From Octopus sinensis (Eukaryota): a stretch of DNA of 64,000 bases. The stretch spans positions 60,264,001 through 60,328,000 of the forward strand of contig NC_043001.1 in NCBI RefSeq assembly GCF_006345805.1. The letters run 5' to 3'. Positions 1 through 11,675 of the stretch are shown piece by piece; the stretch's first letter is position 1; each line of letters starts with the position of its first letter. The position numbers and the translations under genes are program-made. Under the pieces are notes generated by a model. The model ran no database searches. It was given only the letters and a program-made list of their open reading frames with translations, and was not told where the DNA came from.

Positions 1-678
1 AAGTAACTGCAGAATATGTGGAGATGGACAAGAAACAATAAATCAAATTATCTCTAGCTGCCTAGTCCTGGCTAAGAAGGAATATATTCACAGACACGAC
101 AGAGTTGGGACCTACATACACTGGAAGCTATGCCAACATTATGGAATAACAACAGAAAAAAATGGTATAGGCGCACACCAGAAAAGGTGACAGAAAACGA
201 GAAAGCAACCATACTCTGGGATATGCCAATACACACAGATAGAGAAATTAAGGTCAACAGACCAGATACAGTTGTCAGAGATCATAAAGGAAAAAATGCT
301 TTTTAATTGATGTTTCAATACCAGCAGATGACAACGTGTCTCTAAAAGAAATGGAGAAACTTTCAAAATACAAAGACCTGGAAATAGAGGTAACTAGAAT
401 GTGGAATCTAAAAACAGAAACAATTCCTATCATAGTAGGTGCATTAGGCATTATAAAAAAATATTCCGACAAATACATAACAAAAACACCAGGACTTACA
501 ATCACATATACCATACAGACAATTGCACTTCTAGTCACTGCACACATCCTACGCAGAACACTTTCAATACAGTAACCATCAGAGCATCACAACAAATCAC
601 AGCACATACCCAAAGCACACAGAGCTGCGCTCGGTAGTGAAGTGAAAGCACGTTATAAAAAGAAAAGTACTGAATGAC
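1..678 (+). mobile_element. 3' end of R4/Dong-like non-LTR retrotransposon (zinc knuckle + restriction-like endonuclease), frameshifted, with 3' UTR and (TAA)n tail
   Basis: Translation across two frameshifts: CRICG..ETINQIISSC..RHD..WDMPIHTDREIKVNRPD..LIDVSIP..KLSKYKDLE..IPIIVGALG; stop at 573-575; (TAA)n from 679. R4/Dong clade members are known to target TAA repeats. Confidence 0.9.
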
Positions 679-730
<52 letters not shown>

Positions 731-788
731 TAATAATAATAATGATAATAATAATGATAATAATAATAATAATATAATAATAATAATA

Positions 789-866
<78 letters not shown>
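679..866. repeat. (TAA)n microsatellite (LINE tail / insertion target)
   Basis: Seen directly; explains the poly-Ile ORF 535..900. Confidence 0.98.
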
Positions 867-868
<2 letters not shown>

Positions 869-1423
869 GCCCTGATGCAGAACCAGGCAGCGGCTCTCAT
901 AGCTTCTGATCTTAACTGACTGGAAGTGTTATCATGTACATTGTTTTGTCTTGGTATAAAAGATGGGCTACAGCAAATATTCTGCTCAATACCACAGATT
1001 TGCTTGTCAGTTGTTTGACCGTAACCAGTTGAGAATGCCCCTTAGTGGCTGACGATATGTGCATCTCTGATCACGAGTAGAAATAGTGGGGGAGCATCAT
1101 AGCCATGTGTTGAGAGGGATTCTTTGGGGTTTGAATGATTCACCTCTGGAAACATGGGTGTTTCATTCAACATCCTTAAACAACCTTTAATTAGGGACCT
1201 TTTGAGTGGGATGGTTTACCCAACCAGAAGAAAATTCTAACTGGGCCCCACCCACAAGGTCATGCGCTGCTTATCTTGTTATGAGATCACCATGTCGCGC
1301 ACATATGGTTGTGATGCACGTGCCTGGTGTACCCTTATCAGACGGGTAGTCATAATGGGTATACTGGGCTTCGTATATTTGTACCCCAGTGTCACTTTGA
1401 TGGCATGCACTGCTCTCTCGCTC
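867..1423 (+). mobile_element. ~557-bp non-coding interspersed element flanked by (TAA)n ('element A'), copy 1; orientation assumed
   Basis: ATGCCCTGATGCAG...GCACTGCTCTCTC(A/G)CTC recurs at 1697-2191 and 16214-16771 with the same ends and TAA flanks. Confidence 0.85.
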
Positions 1424-1454
1424 AATAATAATAATAATAATGATAATAATTATA

Positions 1455-1601
1455 TTTCTTTACTACCCACAAGGGGCTAAACACAGAGGGGACAAACAAG
1501 GATAGACAAACGGATTAAATCGATTACATCGACCCCAGTGCTTAACTAGTACTTAATTTATCGACCCCGAAAGTATGAAAGGCAAAGTCGACATCGGCGG
1601 A
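1455..1601 (-). mobile_element. 3' part of a SINE with a Meta-like central domain
   Basis: Minus strand reads ccgccgatgtcgactttgcctttcatactttcggggtcgataaattaagtac; an older relative with a tRNA head lies at 38728-38910. Domain name is from memory. Confidence 0.7.
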
Positions 1602-1612
1602 TGATGATGATG

Positions 1613-1681
<69 letters not shown>

Positions 1682-1696
1682 TAATAATAATAATAG

Positions 1697-2191
1697 GTTA
1701 TCATGTACATTGTTTTGTCTTGGTATAAAAGATGGGCTACAGCAAATATTCTGCTCAATACCACAGATTTGCTTGTCAGTTGTTTGACCTTCACCAGTTG
1801 AGCATGTCCCTTAGTGGCTGACGATATGTGCATCTCTGATCACGAGCAGAAGTAGTGGGGGAGCATCATAGCCATGTGTTGAGAGGGATTCTTTGGGGTT
1901 TGAATAATTCACCTCTGGAAACATGGGTGGTTCTTTCAACATCCTTAAACAACCCTTATTCAGGGACCTTTTGAGCGGGATGGGCTACTCAACCTGAAGA
2001 AAATTCTAACTGGGCCCCACCTGCAAGGTCATGTGCTGTTTATCTTGATATGAGCTCATCATGTCGCGCACATATGGTTGTGATGCATGTGCCTGGTGTA
2101 CCTTTATCGGACGGGTAGTCATGATGGGTATATTGGGCTTCGTATATTTTACCCCAGTGTCACTTTGATGGCATGCACTGCTCTCTCACTC
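1697..2191 (+). mobile_element. Element A copy 2, lacking the first ~60 bp
   Basis: Near-identical to 927-1423; (TAA)n on both sides. Confidence 0.85.
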
Positions 2192-2214
2192 AATAATAAT
2201 AATAATAGTAATAA

Positions 2215-2483
2215 ATGCCCTGATGCAGTGCCACACAGTGGCTCTCATGACTTCTACATAACAAATACACAACAAAAACACCAGGACTTACAATCACATA
2301 TAACATAGATAAAATTGCACTACTAGGCACTGCACACATCCTACGCAGAACACTTTCAATACAGTAACCATCAGATCATAACAACAAATCACAGCACATA
2401 CCCAAAGCCCACATACCCAGTATACTGGGCTTCGTATATTTTACCTCTGTGTCACTTTGATGACATGCACTGCTCTCTCACTC
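2215..2483 (+). mobile_element. Chimera: element A 5' end (2215-2255) + Dong-like LINE 3' segment (2256-2408) + element A 3' end (2420-2483)
   Basis: The middle matches ~470-615 of this window; the flanks match both termini of element A. Confidence 0.8.
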
Positions 2484-2496
2484 AATAATAATGATG

Positions 2497-2559
<63 letters not shown>

Positions 2560-2692
2560 GTAATAATAATAATGATAATGATAAGAAGAAGAAGAAGAAG
2601 ATGAAGATAAAGAAGAAGGTGGAGAAGGAGGTAGAGGCAAAGAAGAAGAAGGAGGAGGAGGAGGAGAAGAAGAAGAAGAAGAAAAAGAAGAA
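2484..2692. repeat. Compound (AAT)n grading into (AAG/GAG)n
   Basis: Seen directly; explains the poly-N/K/E ORF 2457..2711. Confidence 0.95.
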
Positions 2693-2982
2693 TATACAGA
2701 TATTTAAATAAAAATAGGAAAGAGATTTACATATCCAGGATTAATTATATATTCAGTCGCATATTTTAATATGTATTTATTCTCTACTATGCAGTCTCTA
2801 TAGAGTCATAGAGTTACGTAAGTGAGGATTTACCGAGTATAGTAAAGTAAACTAACTGGAGTTCATGTACTTTCACTGACGTTAGCTAACATTTTTAAGC
2901 GGTAAAAGCTAGGATTGTATATCCCTATTAACCAATTTAGGAAACTAATCCCTATATGTATATAAGTAAGTGTGCTTGTATA

Positions 2983-3160
2983 TCTATATATAAAGCCCAG
3001 AATGTGTGTCTGTCTGTATGTGTGACACACTGAAACTCGAGAAGTACCCAACGGATTTCGTTGAAATTTTGCACATGACTTACTTAGGGACGATGCAGTG
3101 TCATGGGCCCCAAACATTTTCAGCTACTGCCATAATGCGAGTCCGGTGCAATCTCCTATC
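2983..3160 (+). mobile_element. Possible short non-autonomous Helitron-like element
   Basis: Starts A|TCTATATATAAAG followed by gtgtgtctgtctgt and ggatttcgttgaaattttg, typical of invertebrate Helitron 5' ends; no clear CTAG 3' end. Confidence 0.35.
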
Positions 3161-3331
3161 TTTTACACTGTTTCCATAAAATTAACCAAAGCATCTCTAT
3201 TAATACTTGCACTATCATATGGTTACAAGTTGAATTACTTTCATTATGTATCTATATATATTAGCTTCATTTCTATAACTTTCAGTATGTATCTATATAC
3301 ATGTTTGTATATGTATGTATGTGTATATATA

Positions 3332-4103
3332 CGAGGGCCGTTCAATAAGTAATGCCCCTGATCCACTTGCATTTGTCTGATCTAGCTGAAATTTGTGCAA
3401 TTATTATATTACAGCGCTGAACTAATTGTGGTTTCTGATTTACAGCTGTTTGAACTGAGTCAAGTGTGAAATGGAGCCTGTTGAGTGTCGAGCTGTGATC
3501 CGGTTTTTGTATTTGAAAGGATGCACACCACGGGAGACTTTTGATGAAATGAAAGTAACTTGTGGTGATGATGCTCCATCATATGACCTAGTAAAATGCT
3601 GGCATCGTGAATTCAAACATGGTCGGAATTCTGTGGAAACAGCTCCCAGATCTGGTCGCCCCCCCCCTTCAGCATCTGTCTGTCAAGTTGAGGCTGCAAT
3701 TTTGGAAGATCGACGCATAACTATTCACCAAATAGCCCATGAGGTCAGAATTAGTACCGGGTCTGTGGAAACTATCATTCATGACCATTTGTAAATGCAA
3801 AAGGTGTGTGCCAGATGGATTCCCAGGTTGCTTACACTTTTCCAGAAGCAAGAACGCGTCGGGTGCTCGAGGATGAATTTGGAGATGTGCCAAGAAGATG
3901 AGTCAAAATTTTTCAAAAGACGGATTACACAGGATGAAACCTGGGTCCATCACTATGATCCAGAGACCAACGTCCAGTCAATGCAGTGGAAGCACCGTGT
4001 CTTATCTCCTCCAAAGAACGCAAGGGTGCAGCCCTCCGTTGGCAAGGTCATGCTCACAGTCTTCTGGGACCAGGACGGAGTAGTGATGACAAATTTCCTG
4101 GAA
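3332..4103 (+). mobile_element. Mariner transposon 5' two-thirds: TIR + transposase pseudogene (3471-4100, one internal stop)
   Basis: TA|CGAGGGCCGTTCAATAAG TIR; MEPVECRAVIRFL..APRSGRP..WIPRLLT..TQDETWVHHYDPET..GKVMLTVFWD; truncated by a SINE tail. Confidence 0.92.
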
Positions 4104-4176
4104 ATTTGCTCGACTAAAGGCGGTGCTCTGGCATGGCCGCAGTCAAAATGACTGAAACAAGTAAAAGAGTAAAAAG
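4104..4176 (+). mobile_element. 3' tail fragment of the SINE family at 53642-54065
   Basis: atttgctcgactaaaggcggtgct..catggccgcagtcaaaatgactgaaacaagtaa matches 54001-54060. Confidence 0.85.
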
Positions 4177-4191
4177 TGTAGAATATATATA

Positions 4192-4860
4192 CAAGGGCTG
4201 GACAAAATAATGGAAACACCTTAACATTTCAAATAAATTAACTTTAATTTGGGATAGGACCGCCGTTGGCAGTAATTACACCTTCAATTTACGAGGTATG
4301 GATTAGTGCAAAGCTTCAGTTGTTTCCAAAAGAATTTTTGTACATTCTTCAGCTAAAACTGTCTCCAGTTCTTGTAGTGATGATGGTGGAGGGTATCAAC
4401 TCCGTACTTGTTTTTTTTAAAATGCACAGTAAATGTTCAATAATATTGAGATCTGGGGGGAGTATGGTGGACACATAAGTTGTTCAACTTCCCTAGAATG
4501 TTTCTCGTGCCATTCAGTAACAATTTTACCTGTGTGACTTGGTGCATTATCACCCTGAATTACTGCGTTTTCCTCCGGAAAACATGGTGTCATGTTCAAA
4601 AAATTATCTTATGTTTTCGAGTATTGGAAGTATGATGTTCGTCTCCATTTGACGTGAATTCCCAGCAAATTTGTAAATAAAGCGGGTGCTACTCTTGGTT
4701 GACACTTTTTGAGTAAATATCTCCCTTCGGTTTGCCTTATGCGAAAACGATGATATTGGATGGTAAATTTTCTTACCTTACATTATATATTGGGTACATA
4801 TGATGTTCGGATGTCTATGTGTTGAGGTAGTTCGTCATGGAGGCCTTTCTCGTGCAGCGT
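4192..4860 (-). mobile_element. Tc1-like transposon remnant, 3' half
   Basis: TA|CAAGGGCTGGACAAAATAATGGAAACACC TIR; QGDNAPSH..PPYS(P)DLNIIEH after correcting a frameshift; apparent D-E spacing about 36, uncertain. Confidence 0.8.
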
Positions 4861-4974
4861 TATAGTACGGGATCCCCATACTATAAAGCTGAATTACAAA
4901 GGTCCAACTTCCTGAATTGCATAAACTACTTTGAACTAAATACAGATTGAACAAAAGGACGCTAAAAGAGAAAT

Positions 4975-5650
4975 CTCTTATTCCTTAACCGATTAATAGA
5001 CAATCACTTCTCACGTTCACACAAATACCACAAGATCTTAAACGGAAACGCTATTAAAGTTATCTATAGTTGCCTCTCCAACATAGGGTCGATGATACTC
5101 AACCACAATAAAAATAAAGATACCAAAAATACCACAGAAAGACGATGTATCTCTACATCTTCAAATCGCTGTCCAGTAAATAACAATTGTCCGGAAATAA
5201 AAAGTTGTACACTAGGCCAAAATTATGGATCTTAACGAACAAGACATATATCGGAATGACCACTAGTTGAAGGGAAGATACCCAAAAATCCTAGTGTCAT
5301 TCAGAGACAGAAAAATAAAAGAAATGCAAAATCCCTATCCAATATGATGTGGTTATTGAAAGAAAGAGCAAGAAGTAACCCACAGAATAAATGGGAAATC
5401 GATACTAAAGCCAGAAAATAAAGAGGACCCCAGTGAAATCTGTATCGCTGAAAAACTAAATACCATAGAGTCAACAGTGAACATCCTACATATAAAGGAT
5501 GAAAACTTCTCTCCCTGCAATATTTGACGCTCTGACACTTCACATATGATGCGCCACACACGATGCTAACCCCAGCAAAATATTTTCAACCCATTTTCAA
5601 GAAATCGTCGATTTCTTGAAAAAGGGGTAATAACCCCGAAATATTGAATA
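4975..5650 (+). mobile_element. Penelope-like element: decayed linker/GIY-YIG C-terminus and 3' region with HHR remnant (5612-5649)
   Basis: IDNHFSRSHKYHKILNGNAIKVIYSCLSNIG and KSLSNMMWLLKE..KWEI..EICIAEKL match PLE KVSYSCMPN and LSKYIWxLK..W.I..CxLCLxEK motifs. Confidence 0.75.
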
Positions 5651-6559
5651 CAAGGTAAGTCTACATTAATTCAAATATTTGTTTTATCTGTGAGTTACCT
5701 GCATTTACTTCGCATTGTCTTGGCCTTACCCAAGACCCTTCATACAATATATATGTGTGTGTATGTGCGTGTGTGCATATACTTATATATATGTACTATA
5801 AAACACACTCGTTCTTTGGACGATCTAAGTTGCTTTGGTGATATTTTTTCACCAAATAATTGAACTACCGAAGTTTATGAGTAGCACGGTAATCTATGTT
5901 AATTGAAGGCTGGTTATTGTGGAGGTCATTGCACTTTAATGATCATAGAATATATAAGCTTTCCAGCGATGCAAAGTAGAGCTACTGAAGTGTTTTGGGA
6001 TTAGATTACGGATGACTACAAAATATATTTGCTTTACACGTGAGCGAAATTTCTTGTCAGAAACAGCCACATAAATGGTGTAAGGAAATTGAAAGAAAAC
6101 GTTGACATTCCCTTCTGCGAGTTTATTTTCTTCAACAACAAAAGAACCTATTTTTTTTTAGAGAAGTATGATTAGTACGTTCAAAATTGGCAATATAATA
6201 CCCACTTCACAAAGTAGAGTTAAAGGAATGTTTTTGCTACGTCCTTACAGTGTACGACTACTCTGAAATTGATTTCAGGTAACAATAAATGAATACAAGA
6301 AGAGTTTGCTTTCAGTTCATGAATACTGCATTGAATCTTCAGCAGTTCGCAATGAAAAGATGTCGCGTTCGAAATATCATAATGGATGGGTAAATAAGCA
6401 TCCTTAAAGTGAAACAACACATTGGTAGTTAAACAAAGGTATCAAGAAATAGAAGAAAGGAAAGGGAACATTACTTTTCAAGTAAGTCACAATAGATAAA
6501 GTCAAGCTTGCCAAAGTTTAACGCAGATTAAATATGGAGATTAAGATTGTTTGGTATTG

Positions 6560-6900
6560 AATATTCCTCGCGTACAGTGTTCCTAGTCCATTTAATCACC
6601 GTCGCAGGTGTACAGTCGATAATCAAGAAAATGTGAAATACACTAAAATATTCCCTAATGAGACGGTTTTGTCTCAATACACGACAGGAAAAGAGGACAA
6701 TATGAATGGTCCTAAATTTGAAACACTGAAGAAGCATAGTATTCATGAAAAAGCACAGAATGTTGTGATTGAAGAACTGAAGCAGTGCATACTTGTAAAG
6801 AATGCAAAACTAACTAGGTTTGAGCAACGGATAACACAATACCGGCAAAAGTGGTTGTTTAGAATCGAGGAATAAAGATTTTAGCAAGAAATTAATGCAA
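6560..6900 (+). mobile_element. Internal fragment of an R4/Dong-like LINE ORF, upstream of the RT domain
   Basis: KKHSIHEKAQNVVIEELKQCILVKNAKLTRFEQRITQYRQKWLF resembles the EELKQRxxAxxxKxxRYxxRxxQYRQNxLF segment of this clade. Confidence 0.75.
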
Positions 6901-6930
6901 TTCTATATTTAGTGATGAAGAATTACGCAG

Positions 6931-7210
6931 ATTATTTACATTTGATGGAGATTTGTCCGAATATGGCGTAGTGGTTAAGAGCGCGGGCTACTAACCCCAA
7001 GATTTCGAGTTCAATTCCAGGCAGTGACCTGAATTATAATAATAATAATAATAATAATAACATCGAAAATGCATTAGGAATAAGAACCCGTGTTCGAAAT
7101 TTCCCGAAGACACCTGATGATGGCTGGAGGGTATATCAGCCGAAATGTGTTAACGTACAAACAAGATGAGGACAAAATATCGTCAAATGTAAATAATGTA
7201 AGTAATGTTA
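6931..7210 (+). mobile_element. tRNA-headed SINE with internal (TAA)n and a hammerhead-like 3' domain, preceded by an inverted copy of its own tail
   Basis: A box TGGCGTAGTGG 6964-6974; B box GTTCAATTCC 7009-7018; CTGATGA 7114-7120, ggctg/cagcc stem, GAAA 7142-7145; 6931-6958 is approximately the reverse complement of 7170-7197. Confidence 0.85.
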
Positions 7211-7439
7211 AGAAATTATTGATTTAGTATGCGAAAGTTTAGATCCTGTTGATCGGGGTGAGATATGGAGTAAGCATGGACAACAGGATACTAGAGCTAA
7301 ATGGCTCTGCAATCTGAAACAGGCAAATTCTTATCTTCAATAAGACGCTATTCTTTTTACAGAGAACAGTATTAGAAATGCGAACAAAATGATAGCCATT
7401 CGAAAGCGTTTAGCCCTAATGGTGTACAAATATTTTTGA

Positions 7440-8300
7440 TCAAAGAAAAGTTCAGTATGTGCCATAATCTGATTGCAAAGCAAAAGCCAATTCCTTGTTG
7501 AAGCTGTAAAGAAGCGTGTAAACCTAAATTCTAGCAGGTATACAAGAAAAGCTCTTCATATTTCGAAATCCTCGATGCACAGGATTTCTAAAGGGGATTT
7601 AAAACTAACTGTATGCAAGAAACAATCCTGGCAGTTCATTTCAGCAGCTTTCAAGAAGAGACTGCTCGACAGGGTTAAAACTATATTAGCTGAGATGAAG
7701 CGCTCCACTAACACGGTGTTGACTTGGTCCGACGAGATCTTCACCGTGGAGGCAGTCACCAACTGGGAGAATGACAGGCTTTATGCACGTAATGCAAGAG
7801 ATTTTTCTGAATGTAGCAGGAGTTATTTACACCGTCAAAAGGCAACTTTACTCATGATGTGGGCCTCAGTTGCATCTGATGGGTTCAAGTCTCCCTTGAT
7901 GCTGGCGTCAAAGGCTAACAGTGAAGTTTATGTGGAAATACTGGATGAGAAACTATTACTCCGGGTCACAGAAAGCTTTGATGACCGTCACGTCTTCACT
8001 CAAGATCGGGCTCCGGCCTACACATCCAATTTGACACAAAGTTGATGCAAAGTGCATTTCAACTGATTTGGGGCAATACGATATGACCTCCCTCGTGTCC
8101 AGATATCAATCCAATGGACTTCGCAGTGGTCCATCTTAGAGGGTAATGTTTGTGCTCGCTCCTATTCAAATGTATCAGACTTAGATGCAAATTTTTCTGA
8201 CTTCATGGGTCAAGCTGGATAAAGAAGTAGTACAGTGCTATGATCAAGGCGAAGGGCGATCACTTTGAAATGTAATTACTACAATGGATTGAAAATTGAC
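7440..8300 (+). mobile_element. DD37D (maT-type) transposase pseudogene
   Basis: WSDE(K)IFTVEAV.N.ENDRLYA..FTQDRAPAYTS..PPSCPDINPMDF; hand count gives 37 residues between the 2nd and 3rd D after repairing a frameshift. Confidence 0.85.
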
Positions 8301-10761
8301 ATTAAAACGGGTACGATAAATTTCATTATCCTAACTTAAATTTATGTTGAATAATTAAGAAATATCAATAGGATACTTCTTGGATACCATATATAAATGT
8401 ATATGTATCAATACATACTTATATACATATATGCTTCTAAATATATGTATTAATGTGAATCTGTATGTACATATATTAATGGACTTTTCATATACTTTCT
8501 GTGTTACTGATTTCTTTCAAAATCCGGTGTAAATTCTATGCTGTATTTATACAATGGAACATTTGCTCAATGTTTCACTCTCAGATATCAAGCACTGTAG
8601 TTTTTGAATCCGAAAAGAATGTCAACTTTGCCAACGAATTTTAAATTATTGTTCAGCCTGTTTTGCAAAATGAAGACATATCTTCTGTATTTAATATAAA
8701 TAAGTAACTTGTCGATAATATAATGATACGCAATAAAAATACCGTTGTTTTCGATTTGTTTTATATTTACTAGGTATCAGAGTTGTTCATTTTCCCAAAC
8801 ACATTATTTCTGAATACTCATTATCATTCCATTTTATACAATGTAAAAAATATTTACTTGGCAATGTTTTAAGCTAATTGCACAATAAATTTCCAATTTT
8901 TGGAAAAAAAATCAATTTTAAAGCAGTTGTTGTAATAGAGATGTAAATATTCTGGTACGCATGTTATTACAATTGTACATATTGCTTAACAGTGTGATTA
9001 ATCAACAATGTTGCCTTACAACTTCCAATTACCAAAACATCTCTAAAACTAGATTTTAGAGAACTGTTTTATTCAGTGGATGAATCTAATATCAAATCTA
9101 CATTTAAGAAAAAAAAATTAAACTAATTTGTTTTGTTCTTTCCTTTATTAATTTCGCATTCAGCGAGGGATAAACACGTTTTCATTTGTTCCATGCTACA
9201 GTGTTTACCAATCAATAATCTCTCGAGAGAATTGAAAGAACCTTCCAATTTCGTGTTTTAAATCTGTTCGAATACACAGTATGCCTTTAACTCAAAATTG
9301 CATGTTGTTGGCAATTCATATGTATCCGTATTATGCGTTATCGGCTTAACTTCATATCCATCACGTAACATAACATAGACATGTATGCATACTAATGAAT
9401 AAAACATTAAGTATACAACAGTTAATATATTTTTCTGATAATAAGAAAAATTTGGATTAACTACTGCCCCGATGAGACTGACATATTTGTAAGGTAACAT
9501 GAGAGAGTAATGCGAAACAATTCGAGAATATATTGTTGGAATTAGATTATGATCCTAGAGAGATTAGGAGTAGATTGTTGGTTTTCTTCCCTTGGTTAAT
9601 ATGTTAATATGTACAGCTACTTTTACAAGATTTTGCTCCTTTAACGAACAAGTGGCACTATGGAGTTGTTACTGACAGATGGATGTGAATAGAATATATT
9701 TACTTAAAGTCACCCCCTCCATGTATTTAATACCATTTCCATGCGCATACATGTAACTTTCACTTCATTTTTCTCTCTCTACAAAATGCCATATTGCAAC
9801 TATTTTCGTTTTAATATCCTTTCATAATCAATATTATCTTCGGCAGCTCCGTTATCTGGAAAAGTATTATGGTACGAGAGAGACAGACAGTGAGGAAAAA
9901 AGAGAATGCGATGATATGTGTATATGTGTTTGCGTGTGTGAGCCTTCGTCTGTGTGTGGTTGTGTGTGTGTGTGTGGTTGTGTGTGTGCGTGTGTGCGCG
10001 CGCGTAGGACAGAAAGCGGGATGAGTGAGAGCGAGTTTCTTCACGGTCGTACATTTTAAAAATAGTAAATAAATTACAGTAAGGCGTCTTAACAAAAACA
10101 ACTCTTTTGTGATTGTCATCAAATGTCTGAATTCCCCCAACACATACACACAAAAGAAACAAACAAACAAGGTAGTTACAGCTGGCACCGCTGTATTGAA
10201 ATGGGTTTAAGTAGAAATAAAATCGGATAAACTTTAGCATTAAGTTAGAACAAATGAGAAGAAAAATCTAATCAACACGTGTAATGAACACACATACACA
10301 TGTATATTACCGCGCGCACACTCTCTCTCTCTCTCAAACACACACGCACATGCATACACACACACTTTCTCTCACACACAAATGCACACAAACGCACACA
10401 CAAACACACGAACACACACACCCATGCATATATATTTATGTAATAGTATCACTCGAAAAAGAGGCACTGTAGATGCAACTCATAAGAGGAAGCATGCATA
10501 AGGAAGTAGAGAAGCGGGAAATATAATTCAATATGCTGCAACCATATTTAAATACTCGAGAGAAACATGGAAGTTGAGCGGAAAGAGAAAGATTAGAATC
10601 ATGGTCCCGCAATAACAAAGGTGAAATGGTGTTGGCAAAAATCGAAGTGAACGATTGATCAGGGGTATAGTTCACATTTATTCACACACGCACCTACATA
10701 TGTTGAATGAATAAATATATATATGCATACATATACGTATACACACAGACACATATATATA

Positions 10762-10967
10762 CAGCGTGCGATGGGTAAATTGCCACTATTGTATATTTTT
10801 AATTTTGCACCGTCTTCTTTTTTATTTGTCGACTATCTATATAGTAGGATCAGCTTGGCATCATGTGTGAGAAATACAGCACCATGACGCAAGTAACTCT
10901 GCCAGAAATTTGGAAACGACATGCTGTATTGCTTGGTATTCGCGCCGGAAGATCTGAAACTCATTTT
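10762..10967 (+). mobile_element. 5' fragment of a probable Tc1/mariner element
   Basis: TA|CAGCGTGCGATGGGTAAATTG start and short MTQVTLPEIWKRHAVLLGIRAG at 10884; too short to type. Confidence 0.4.
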
Positions 10968-11274
10968 AAAGCAGAGTTTTAGCTGATATCATTCAAATGA
11001 TTTGTGCGCATTTGGTGATGGATACAATTTTGGCATGTTGTTTCGAGATGTTGTTTCGAGGCAGTCATTTCAGCAACTGGTTAAAATCTGTCGCTTCTCT
11101 ACTGTAGTAAGTTCCTTCAGCTAAGGCAAATCACTGGAACTAATTAGTTGAAACCTTCCACAGCTCAACCGAGCTATGCCACAGCAACAAAACAGATCTT
11201 TCCTGTCTCGCTACGAACCCAAATGACATTGTGGAGTTCCTGAAGTAGAGCCTTCCGAAATATACCACGACTAC

Positions 11275-11664
11275 AGATGACAACAGTTTATTAGTTTCCT
11301 GACGAGACAATTTAGAAATACACTTAGCAAATATAAGGGCACTATTTAGTGCTATGATGTTTATTGAGGGTTAGTAATCATTTATATTGAACTGGATAAG
11401 TCTATGTCTGTCCTTATTATCGATTCTATTGAACCAGCTTATTACTTGTTGTGTATTAGACAGCAACTCCAATCTTAATTTAATCTTAACTTGAACTATA
11501 TATTTATCTAAAATCAATTTACTTAAATTACATATGTAGGATTTTGCTGAGCATATAAATCTTACTTTAGGGTCAGTAAAGAAATTAAATTTATAGTCGT
11601 TAAGAGATATTCTAGGTCTCAGAGGAATAAAAAGATTCAGTAAATTCAGCAATATTATATTCAC
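11275..11664 (-). mobile_element. Penelope-like RT, N-terminal part (inverted arm)
   Basis: ISLNDYKFNF..PKVRFICSAKS..LSKLILD..VISWF..I..K..LIQFNINDY*PSI matches the FITLKDHKxNF..FDIxDFYPSI block of PLE RTs. Confidence 0.85.
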
Positions 11665-11675
11665 ACAAAATTAAT

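Noticed and set aside
1045-1090. CTGACGA..GAAA inside element A as an HHR
   Set aside because: No stems I or II, and GAAA is absent in the other copies.
5570-5660. Strong donor AAG|GTAAGT suggesting an exon
   Set aside because: The upstream sequence is the PLE 3' hairpin/HHR remnant.
6959-7030. Real tRNA genes at SINE heads (also 44128, 46385, 53642, 63040)
   Set aside because: No complete acceptor stem or terminator, and each continues into a SINE body.
10440-10680. Possible LINE 3' coding remnant
   Set aside because: Multiple stops and no motif I could match with confidence.
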